Origin: Octopus bimaculoides
Taxonomy: Eukaryota
Assembly (NCBI RefSeq): GCF_001194135.2
Contig: NC_068986.1
Span: 14,775,283 to 14,839,268 of the forward strand
Reading direction: 5' to 3'
DNA length: 63,986 nt
Shown: in pieces, positions 52,322 through 63,986 of the stretch
Position numbering within the stretch: position 1 is the first letter of the stretch
How the letters are laid out: each line of letters begins with the position of its first letter
Program-made: the position numbers and the translations under genes
The notes under the pieces: model-generated
What the model was told of the DNA's origin: nothing
Seen by the model: only the letters and a program-made list of their open reading frames with translations
The model's database searches: none

Positions 52322-52594
52322 GTGAGTACACGTGCCTTTCCCACTGTTAAAAGAGAGACTTGTTGCACCATTTCTTAAAATCATTCTACACACTCTTTCC
52401 ACAGACGAACAACATGATCAATAGCAATGGAATCGCTGCTAATTCCTTTGCCGATATTGCAAATGAAATTGATGCTGTCTCACTGAACAGAATCAAGAGG
52501 AATAGGCAGAACAACACTCCAATATACTACAGCAAAGAGCCTTCAGACTCAATATATCACAACACTATTTCCACCAAAACGAACGCACACAAAC

Positions 52595-52677
<83 letters not shown>

Positions 52678-53381
52678 CACACACACACACATACACATAA
52701 ACAAGCAAAATTTTGTACGATTGTATATCGCTGAAGAGATACATTATTGAGCGAATATACAATGATCAAGCTAATACTGCTTGTAAAGCAGTGGGGCAGA
52801 CGATATTCTTATTCACGCCAGTCAATTTGGCTACATGAATATATGTGTAATTCATAAACCCAGGCCCAGGTTACCAAATATCAATTCACCTAACCATCTC
52901 CTGGTGATGCGATGATTTTGTACGGAGACATTTAATGATCCGGGTATAAATCTCGAACAAACCATAGAGAACTAGAATTATGGTGGACGAAGAAATGGAA
53001 ATATTTCATTTTTTGAGAAAACAAGTATGCTGCTAGGTGGGGGTTGTGTGTGAAAACGCGTCCACAACGAAAGTCGGTTTGGTATGGAGTGAGAAATTTA
53101 GCAACGCCATCGTCCAAACCACTGTCACCGCCGCCGCCGCCGCCGCCGCCACCACCACACCAACAGGAAAACTGGAGACCACCTCCTCCTGTGGGATGAA
53201 GTTAAAATAAAAGACAGAGAACACAACTAGAAAATACGAAAACTAAAAGAAGCATCACATATGCTAGGACACAACAACCTCCAAAGCAGAGGGAGTGCAG
53301 ATATGAGTAGCATATGGGAACTGGTAATAATGAAGGATAGGAGAATATTAGAATTATAAGCCCTAAAATTCACTCTATAGT

Positions 53382-53610
53382 GGCAAATGGTGTAGTGGTT
53401 AAGAGAGGCGGCTACTAACCTTAAGATTCCGAGTTCAATTCCAGGCAGTAACCTGAATGATAATAGTAACATAGGAAAATACCTTAGGAATGAGAACCCA
53501 CGATCGAAATTTCCCCAAGATGAAGGCTGGAGGGTATATCAACCGAGACGTTGTGTTTAACAACAAACAAGATTAGGACAAATATGCATCAAATGTAAAT
53601 AATATAAATG
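53382..53610 (+). mobile_element. tRNA-derived SINE family E with hammerhead-like 3' segment
   Basis: A-box TGGTGTAGTGG, B-box GAGTTCAATTCC, GATGA-A-GGCTG-loop-CAACC-GAGAC at 53519-53549, and tail AAATGTAAATAAT. Confidence 0.7.
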
Positions 53611-54150
53611 TTTCCATTTGACTATTAGAATATAATTTTCTTACTTTGATACACTTGTAGGACCGGTGTTCGAATCGCGTGGCGAGTAGCTTCATTTAGC
53701 TATAAATTCTGCTATAAAGCAAGTGGCAATCAAGCTATGCATTGGCTATAAACAAATAAACACACACGCGCATGCACGCACACATCAGATTCAAGGGTTT
53801 ATACCAAAGTAAGGAATAGTGATTATTATTTCCATAATTTATAGTCATTTCGTGTGTGTACATTACAGCAAGTGTTTTGCATCGTTTGTGAATATTATTT
53901 TCTGCTTGTTCGTTCATTGAATTTACGTGAGTTTTATACAATTGACGAGATCATTCTAAATTTGGGATTTGTGTCATATAACTCTCATGTTTTCGATATT
54001 TATGACAAATTTGATAGCCTCTGCAGAGATTATTTATTGGTGCTACTAGAAATAGATTGTCTGTAAAATACTCAATCAATTTTGCTAAACTAGCGTCCTA
54101 TACATGTATGCGCATATATGCACATTAATCTCTCACTCTCTCTCTCTCTT

Positions 54151-54204
<54 letters not shown>

Positions 54205-54501
54205 CCTCTCTCTCTCCGTCTATCTGCTCTTATGCCCGTTGTTTGATGTACGTTTGTAAGTACTCAAGTGTTAGTATGGACGTATGTTTGCGTTAAAATG
54301 TAAACATGTAGGTGCGTATAAAAATGTGCGTCCAAACGGAAAGAGTGGAAGAGAGGGAGAGAGAGAGAAAGCGAGAAAGAGAGAGAGGGGGAGAGAGAGA
54401 GGGAGAGAGAAATAGAAAGAGAGAGATAGAGCTAGACAGACAGAGAGAGAGAGAACGAGAAAGAGAGCGGAAGAGAGAAAGGGTGAGATGAATAGCCAGA
54501 T

Positions 54502-54535
<34 letters not shown>

Positions 54536-54580
54536 CGGTGGATGGACGGATGGACGGATAGACGGATCAATCGATACCTA

Positions 54581-54888
54581 GTTGTGAGTGTTTATTGAGT
54601 GAAAACTCCTAAAGCTCTACGAGGTCCCCGGCAAGGGTATTGGTGGTGACCCCTACTGTACTGTTCCACCACAACTTTCTCTCACTCTTTCTTCCTGCTT
54701 CTGTTGGATCTGTATTTCAAATGGCCAGCCTTGTCACGCTCTGTGACATGCTGAATCTCCCCGAAAACTACGTTAAGGGTACACGGGTCTGTGAAGTACT
54801 CAGCCACTTGCACGTTAATTTCACGTGAAGGAAATTCCGTTGATCGGATCAACTGGAACCCTCGTCGTCGTAACCGACGGAGTTCCAT
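54581..54888 (+). mobile_element. SINE family D, 5'-truncated
   Basis: Collinear with 18030-18318. Confidence 0.9.
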
Positions 54889-56589
54889 AATAGTGTCTTA
54901 AGTCTCACAGATATGCTTCACCCAGTGCATATTTACTCATACTGAGAGAAGCTAGAATCTGCCACACTTGTCGACTCATGGTATTCTAGTTCGCTGTCCC
55001 GTTTCCGCTCGAATCAACCCTTGCGAAACCTATCCTCAAAGAATACTTTACAAAATTACTGTCTCCTTGTTGTTATCACGACTCCAAAAGTTCTGTGTTC
55101 TGGTTCATCGGGTGTTGTTCGACTGTGGAGCTTTTATAGCCATTCCATTATCTAGAATGGCTTGATATTCGTCATACTTCGTCATTTAGCGCAGGGACTT
55201 ATTATTTTTTTATTTGTTTTGTTATTATACATGGACCATTGTGTAGGCTGCATCTCTCTTTCGTGATCCCAATAATATTCACACTTATCGAAGGTGATTG
55301 TCAAGTTATTAGAAACTCCCATGCATTTATTTACCTTCATTTATTTTTCTTTTATCTTTCTTTCCTTACTTAGAATTTTCCGATCATTATTCAATCTCCT
55401 TCAGTAGCGCAGATCGGTGCAGCACAGTTATCTAATGCTGCTGTTCGTGACCTCTCCCTGTTTTTGTGATCCAGTAAGACACTCTTGTGTCTTTTACGAC
55501 GTTGAAACACTTAGTACTGATGATACTGAAAAGAAAGTAATTTTGCACATTTTCCCGTGTAATTTTGGAGTTGTAACCAGGGTTACCCTGGCAAAAAAAA
55601 ATGTAGTAGTAATTCCGGTTTTCACCTCTATGTTCATCTTTTCTTATTTACCATTGTGTCAGCTGCTGTAATCAACTCTCTTTATTTCTCCAGCCGTCAT
55701 GTTTCTTCTGAGCTGTAATACACAAGCTGCCTTCATTTTTATACGAATATCTATTTGGATTTTCTCCTTGCAACACAAAGCAGAGAGTTTCTCGCATCAC
55801 ATTGTGCACCGAGTGTTTGCAGCATTGTATTTCCAGGATGAAGAATTTTGAATGCTGAATGCATAAGTTTCGATTTGTCGCATGGTTTGGATTTCTTTTC
55901 TTCCTCTCTGATATCCATTTAGTGCCACGTGTTGTTTTGTTTATTACCTTGCATAACTTTAATATGACATGTCTTAATGTGGTCAATGGTGATTATGTGG
56001 ATATAGGATGCGATTCTGTGTCAAAGTGTGATATGATACCGTGTGTTATGTGCGCTCGTAGTGTGGTGCTATGCATTTATGTGGCAATTATCTAGCATGC
56101 AAATTGTGTAAGTTACAGTAGGGTTGTAGGTTCAGATTAGGTTTGCGTACGAGTATCTATAATGTGTCTATCAAGAGAATGCACCAGTTTGAGCGGAAAA
56201 ATAAAGCAAAGAACAAGAAAAATAATGCCTTGTGCTTTTTATTGATGTTTCAGTACATTCAAAGTTCAAATAGAGTAGAAAAGCACACTGCATTTTGTCC
56301 TCTGGTCATAGATAACATAAACTACCAATGAAATAATTCAAAGAATATATTACGCATTCTCTTAAAATGCATCGTTTTGTATCTACTTTAGAAATCAATA
56401 CAGATACTTTTGAAGAGATTTCTTTATTGTGCTTCCTGTGAAAACGTGTGTTTGTTGCCTGTTGTCCAGTCATTTTACAGGAGGTAAACGCATCTAGATT
56501 AAAGGTTTGAATTTCAAATCAAAAGACAACGGATACGCATAAAAGATAACCACGAAGCGGTGGCGAACAATTCCTTATTTTAAAAGTAA

Positions 56590-56770
56590 CCTGAAAGGCG
56601 TGGCTGGGGGCCATCAAGCTTCGGAGTTATTTTGCTGGGTTTAGAAAATTTGGAGGACCTCTTCAATAAGTGTGTGCATCTGAGAGGGGAATATGTTGAA
56701 TAGAATCATAATTAAGTGATTCTCTTGTATTTTCTTTCCCCCAAAGACAGGAACTTACAGCACCACCTCG
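56590..56770 (+). mobile_element. Mariner 3' end with right TIR
   Basis: GLENLEDLFNKCVHLRGEYVE* and GGAACTTACAGCACCACCTCG-TA, similar to the TIR at 42500-42520. Confidence 0.8.
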
Positions 56771-56983
56771 TATTTATTTCTGTTTACAAGTAGTTATATA
56801 TTTTCTTCCTTGTATGTATAATGAAAGCTTACTGTTTTGGTTACGTATTTGTCTATGTATTCCTTAACCATTTGTCAAGCAATTATTATTAAAGTGGTTG
56901 TTTCTCTTTTCAGTTCCCACATTCAACTTTACTGTAGACTTTCATAATCAAATAATTTTAAATACATATCATCTTCGCCTATT

Positions 56984-57479
<496 letters not shown>

Positions 57480-57499
57480 TATTGAGAGTAAAACATAAA

Positions 57500-58080
57500 C
57501 CGGTATGCGCTTTCTCATCTGGACCTTCTTGACAACATATCCAATGGATTTCATTCGACTTCCCTATACACGGACTATCATATTTGTCGTTGGTCGACAA
57601 TGCTTCAGTGAAAGTAACTCAACCACATCTGTTGCGCCGTACTATTTCCAGACGCACGTTCACAGCCTCAAGTACATTTACCACCTTTCTACATGTTACG
57701 CTACCAAGAAAAGACAAGTCAATATGTTTGTAGAATCCATGACGGCGCAGGAGATGCTTACATTGGTTAACTATAACCGTAAGTATGTACTTAAGGGCCA
57801 CTACCTCTGGATATTCTATAGGGGTTTATTTCCTTGGCGTTTACTAAACGCTCGACAAGTCCTCACCTCAATGTCGTTGGGGTGTTTGGTTGTTGTGGGC
57901 ATGATTTATGTGGAACATATTCCACGGTTTTTTCTTTCAAACTTGCATTGGTTTGGTGCAACTAGTGTCACGGGCCAAATACTTGGTATTTGTTTGCAGT
58001 CACCATCTGTTAGATGTGCAGCTAAAGAGCCGAACGACCACATCTACTCTGACTTTCTTACGGAGGCAATTCTGTGCCAT
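57500..58080 (-). mobile_element. Highly decayed LINE RT (Rex1/L2-like)
   Basis: Minus frames with shifts: VVRLF, VPHKSCPQQPN, ERLVN, FYKHID, SFLG..RKVVN, TNDKYD, in the order expected for RT subdomains 0-5. Confidence 0.45.
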
Positions 58081-58529
58081 AGCTGGGACCCTTCGTGGTG
58101 TTAATACACAAAGTAACAGTACACCAGATAATGACAGTGGCTAAGCGATGGTTCCACTGTTTCCGAAGCCCTCAAACATCCGGAACTAGATCTCGCCACC
58201 GAATGCAGTTTAAAGTCAGGACTTGTTGGTAGATATTTCATACTTCAGAGAAAGAGCCCAGTGTAGGAAAATTACTGATCTTCTGTTCTATATTGTGGGT
58301 TGTTTATCAATTTTGACGGATGAAAAGATTAACTGGGTATGTGAGCAGTGCTTTTGTGTATTTGGCGTGGACGACTAGAAGGTGAGAATATTATATACAC
58401 AAACAAAATAGCATAAAATTCAATTGGATAAAACTGAGTGGGCTTAAAGAGAAATCACAGCACACAATATAATAAACAACGATGAAACAGTCGAAATAGG
58501 AATAATAAAAGCTCTGTGATAAGAAAAAC

Positions 58530-59075
58530 GCGTCCAAACAGCGCCATACAATTGGTAGTCCAATCCATTCTTAAGGAAAATGAGAACACGGTAATAGGAT
58601 GAAGATCAAATGTGAACAGCAGAAATAACTCTGCTTACAGAACCGCGAAAAAATAATTTAACATACAACTGCCGCCAAAAAAAGAAAGATAAGCTTAGCA
58701 ACAATTGCATTATAAAGAATTTGGCTTACAAATGTGAAGTGAAGATGGACACACAGAAATGTGTGTATATTGGTGATACCGGAGGCAACGTGAAAAATCG
58801 TCTGCGCAACTATTTTACGTCATTTTACAATGTAAAGAAAAGGCACTCCACATCTTTATCTAACCGCATCTGGAAGTTCAAATAAAAAGGAGTGGAGAAT
58901 AAGACCCTCTGTTCTACAGTAAAAATTGCTGCACATACAATAGAACATCGCTGGGGTGCAATTTATGTCTAGAGGGAACTCTGGAGATCATCACATCTAC
59001 AGTAAACAGGATTAATAGACACTCAGAAATAATTTTGCCATGTATGCATATAAGCAAGGAATTATTCTTAAAACT
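58530..59075 (+). mobile_element. Penelope-like element GIY-YIG endonuclease region (decayed)
   Basis: NCRQK...NCIIKNLAYKCEV...VYIGDTGGNVKNRLRNYFTSF...HSTSLSNRIWKFK...CNLCLE...RHSEIILPCMH. Confidence 0.85.
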
Positions 59076-59871
59076 AAAAAAATAAACATTTTGAAACAGA
59101 AAAAAAAATTAAACCGCCTTTAACATATAATGGAACAAGAGAAGAACATATAAAGAGCTCCGCAAATTTACCACGATTTTTATATGTTGTATCATTATAC
59201 CACCAACAGTAATTAAAAGGACATGTTAAGAGAATATCAGTTGTCAGCTCAGACAATGAAATTCCAAAAACTGAATAGTTGTACTTAGTGACCCTGCTAC
59301 ATCTGACTTCATTGAGGTAAAACACCTGCTATGATTAAGGTCAAACAAACGAAGTATATTTCCCACCCTATCATTTGCGTACTCAAATATCAAAATAAGA
59401 CTAACGTCCCCACCCACACATCTCACTCTACTTTATAGCAACCGTTACTTTCACTCTTTCAATCACCTTCTCCTCTCCACCAAATACGCACAGAACAGTC
59501 CACATACTCCAAGGAAGCTTTTCATGTATGTATGTATGTATGTATGGTTGCATGTACCACACTCGCTCCTTCACAAGGCATTGGTTGTTCCGCATTTATA
59601 GCACATTACTCTGACTCAACATGCCCCGAGGTCGGACTGAACATAATACAACGTGGCTGCAAAACATCTAAACGACGAATACATAAAGATATACGGCTGT
59701 GTAGGAAAACATATTCATCTAAGCTTCTGACATAACGGCAAGGAAATATAACCAAGAGAAACTTATTTATTATCTAGTTTTAGTTTTCAAATATCATTTA
59801 AACACTTTTCTGTTGCTAACGTGCCAACATGACAGAATTTCAAAAATAATTTATTCTACTATTTCTACTAC

Positions 59872-59874
<3 letters not shown>

Positions 59875-59935
<61 letters not shown>

Positions 59936-59945
59936 GTTGATGGTG

Positions 59946-59976
<31 letters not shown>

Positions 59977-59977
59977 C
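59875..59977. repeat. (TAT)n microsatellite
   Basis: Direct reading. Confidence 0.95.
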
Positions 59978-60443
59978 ATTTCGTGTTTATATCAAATCTT
60001 TCCATTATATCTCAAATTATCCACAATACAAGGCATTTGCGTATGAGGGATTTATATTTGTGAGAAGAGGAAAATAANNNNNNNNNNNNNNNNNNNNNNN
60101 NNNNNNNNNNNNNNNNNNNNNNNNNNNNNNNNNNNNNNNNNNNNNNNNNNNNNNNNNNNNNNNNNNNNNNNNNNNNNNNNNNNNNNNNNNNNNNNNNNNN
60201 NNNNNNNNNNNNNNNNNNNNNNNNNNNNNNNNNNNNNNNNNNNNNNNNNNNNNNNNNNNNNNNNNNNNNNNNNNNNNNNNNNNNNNNNNNNNNNNNNNNN
60301 NNNNNNNNNNNNNNNNNNNNNNNNNNNNNNNNNNNNNNNNNNNNNNNNNNNNNNNNNNNNNNNNNNNNNNNNNNNNNNNNNNNNNNNNNNNNNNNNNNNN
60401 NNNNNNNNNNNNNNNNNNNNNNNNNNNNNNNNNNNNNNNNNNN

Positions 60444-60484
<41 letters not shown>

Positions 60485-60506
60485 GTATATATATATGCAT
60501 ATATAT

Positions 60507-60538
<32 letters not shown>

Positions 60539-60658
60539 TTTATAACTTAACATATTTTATAATTATATATATTTAGTATATATGTGTGGGTGTAGTTTAT
60601 ATGGAAACATATATGTATATACATTACATATATATTTATACACACACATATATATCAT

Positions 60659-60727
<69 letters not shown>

Positions 60728-61969
60728 CTATATATATATGTGTTTGTGTGTGAGTGTGTGTGGAAATTATTTTCCTCTTGACATATCATTTTCTTACGTA
60801 TATGAGATTTTTTAGCCACATTGAATCCTGTACTTAAATAACAGCCAACCTACTGGCGCACTGCATTTTACTATATTCACAAATACAGTTATGGAGAAGA
60901 AATCTTCAAAATTATGGTTCCGGCTTTACCAATTTTTTTTTTTTTCAAAAATATATATTTCTATTAAAACGTATGCCAAATCGATTTACGTTTCCAATAT
61001 GTTATTATATACATGTACATTTACACAAGCATTTGTAACCGCACACGGGTTCACGCATATATTTCAAAATACATATATACGAGTACGTACAATATGAGAG
61101 GTAGATAATACCTCTTTTTGAGTTACTGGATAAAATGTATGAATATTGGCCTGAGATTGTAATGTTATCAACAAATGTATTAAAAACCTATCCGTGAATT
61201 CAATAGCAAGGATTTCACACATTTCTGTGCATATATATATATATATANNNNNNNNNNNNNNNNNNNNNNNNNNNNNNNNNNNNNNNNNNNNNNNNNNNNN
61301 NNNNNNNNNNNNNNNNNNNNNNNNNNNNNNNNNNNNNNNNNNNNNNNNNNNNNNNNNNNNNNNNNNNNNNNNNNNNNNNNNNNNNNNNNNNNNNNNNNNN
61401 NNNNNNNNNNNNNNNNNNNNNNNNNNNNNNNNNNNNNNNNNNNNNNNNNNNNNNNNNNNNNNNNNNNNNNNNNNNNNNNNNNNNNNNNNNNNNNNNNNNN
61501 NNNNNNNNNNNNNNNNNNNNNNNNNNNNNNNNNNNNNNNNNNNNNNNNNNNNNNNNNNNNNNNNNNNNNNTATATATATACATATAAATTTTGTATGAAT
61601 CTTTTCCTCTACCTTTTAGTCCTCCTCATACTTTCTTCCACTTTTCACACTCTCGCTCCCCCTCTTTCTCTCTCATATTTTTGGGCCCTCTTTTTCTTAG
61701 ATTCGTTCTCAATCGAAAGACACCCGTTGTTATATTCTTGTTATTTTTGTTTGTAATTTTGCACCTTGTTCCCTGTGCCACTTTATTAAAATCGATCTGC
61801 ACTCTTCAAACCTTGCACTAAATATAAGTATAATGTAAAATTACTATCTGTTTTTATTGCAAGTTGATGCAGGTAATTTATCCCGTCCCACTCCAACTTT
61901 TAGTTCATGCAATAGAAGAAACCGCATTGTTTATGGGATGACCAAATAGATATAGATACAAATAACTAG

Positions 61970-62013
61970 CTAGCTAGCTAGATGAATAGATAGCTAGATA
62001 AATAAATAAATAT

Positions 62014-62066
<53 letters not shown>

Positions 62067-62170
62067 CAGGTAGACAGACATATAGTCAGACAGCCAGACA
62101 GCCAGACATATAAATAGATAGTTAGATACATACATACATACATACATACATACATACATACACACACATT
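61970..62170. repeat. (GATA)n/(GACA)n/(TACA)n tetranucleotide cluster
   Basis: Direct reading. Confidence 0.95.
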
Positions 62171-63554
62171 CATAAGAACATATCTACATAGTTACACGAT
62201 CCACCCATACATGCATGATACATACAAATGCACATGTATATATCATAGAGGTCAGATGTGCTGCTCATATGGACTGTCGAAGAGATATGGTAAGGGATAT
62301 GGTACGGTTTCAGATTAAGAAACTCAAGAACTAAGACTTTTCTCAATTTTAAAATGTGACATTGAAAATGAGAAGCGCCTGTGCTTTCATATACAGTTAT
62401 GTTTACGCAGACACGCACATAACCACAAACACATGCACGTCCACAAACACACACATACCCTCACAAACATACACATACATATGTCCGTAATATGATGTTC
62501 CATTAGCAAAGTTAGATAATCCGTTCCCAGTCCTGCTAGTGTTGTGTGTAAGCATATGCATTATGATACATTGACGCCTAAAAACCACTTAAAATGTTTA
62601 AGTGATCGACAAAATAAAGAGCACAACCTCATCAAATCTATATGAGGAGCATCATTCATTTTTTAAAGAAACATCAACAAAATGTGTGGCAACATTATAT
62701 CTCAAAGTTCTTCGTATTCATGAGATTTTAGAAATTAAATATTTAAATTTATTATATTAAGCATTAATTTTCAGATTTATTCAATGTAATATAGCTGACG
62801 CTTCCTAATCCAATTAACTTTTATTTCTATTCTTTAGCATTTTCCCCTTCAGCATACTTCTCCATGTACGAGCAAATACCTATCAATCTATCGAATTGCC
62901 TCCAAGTCTCGTATTAAATATGTGAGGTTCTATACGCGCAACGTAAGATACGAACATAAAGGAAATGGCTGTATTATCATATTAATTATGTTTGGTTTTC
63001 ATACGCCATTTCTATCGACGCTCTCTGTATTAAGCAACGCTTTTACTTCCTAAAATTCCACAAACGTGTCTTCCATTTACTCATCAAAATCGTTCGATGC
63101 TCGAGAATAAAGCTTTGATCTTTTCTTTTCTTTTTTTTTTAAGCTATTGTTAATCCCGCCATTTTGAGAGCGTTCCTTAAATCTAACCAACTCGTATAAT
63201 AACAACCCTACCGACGTTAACTATATAAGCCAATATCATTTTCTATTATTTCTTTCTATGTATACTGTCCTTGATTTTATTTATTTTCGTTTTTGTATAT
63301 TTCTACTTATTTATATTTTTGTCGGTACGTATTCCATCTTGAGCTTTTCGAATACCACCACATTTATTGCAAGGAATTAAAGTTAATTACGAAGCCGTTG
63401 TTATTTGTAGCAATTTAAATATGAAAAGAGAGTTCTTTTTTTTTTTATCTTTTCCTTCGAAGTGAAAGGTCGTTGCCAACAATGCTTTATAATATTATCA
63501 GCATTGTTGCGCTGCTGCTGCTGCTTGTTGCTTTCAATCTAACCACCTCTTCAG

Positions 63555-63614
63555 CTACTCGTATTATTTTGATAAGGAACTTTTATTGAAGTTTCTGAAA
63601 GGCAATAAAACAAG
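63555..63614 (+). CDS. Candidate 60-nt symmetric internal coding exon of an unidentified host gene
   Basis: CTAACCACCTCTTCAG acceptor and AAG/GTAAGG donor. The length is divisible by 3 and only one frame is open (phase 2/2): YSYYFDKELLLKFLKGNKT. Confidence 0.4.
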
Positions 63615-63942
63615 GTAAGGGGAGCTAACCAATTTTATGATAGTTTCTGTCCGTAGAAAATAGCAAAACCAATTATATTAGCTAATCTCAAACGTAGCAT
63701 CTTTGTAATGCGTATCCTGAAGCTTCGCCAAAGAAATTACCAAAAACGCATCACATCCTTCGAAATGGATCATAAAACCGTTAGAAATCTCTTTTATATT
63801 TGCTATAGATTGTAATTTTTGCTTTCACTCTCGCTCTTCCTTTCCCCCTCTCTGTGTCTCTCTCCCCCTCTCCTTCTCCTCCACAGTGTCTCCCCTCCTT
63901 ATCTTCTCCTTTCTTTCCCTATACTCACACACATATATTTGC

Positions 63943-63986
<44 letters not shown>

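Noticed and set aside
57505-58104. 199-aa + strand ORF, the longest gap-free ORF
   Set aside because: No recognisable motifs; it lies antisense to a decayed RT, a common source of shadow ORFs.

Overview
AT-rich, repeat-saturated eukaryotic genomic DNA with about 20 N-gaps, almost all flanked by (TA)n/(CA)n/(GA)n or trinucleotide microsatellites. The SINE heads and microsatellite load resemble an Octopus-like cephalopod genome; this is inferred from recall and not verified. There is no intact protein-coding gene, rRNA, true tRNA or CRISPR array, and most listed ORFs are N-gap or microsatellite artefacts. The window contains at least five tRNA-derived SINE families, three Tc1/mariner remnants, a Tigger-like MITE, decayed CR1-, Tx1/L1-, RTE- and Rex1/L2-like LINE pieces, and several Penelope-like element (PLE) fragments. 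A head-to-tail train of R4/Dong-like LINEs sits in TAA repeats. The best candidate for a new system is at 28290-31060: a decayed PLE whose ORF carries a Ulp1/SENP-like (clan CE) cysteine-protease domain between the PLE N-terminal motif and the pre-RT region. It is preceded by a hammerhead-shaped RNA junction and flanked by an inverted GIY-YIG segment. The second candidate is a SINE that appears to build 217-bp tandem arrays by inserting into its own head at AGAAAC. A few possible + strand host exons are flagged at low confidence. All protein assignments are by-eye motif matches without database searches, and coordinates of decayed elements are approximate.
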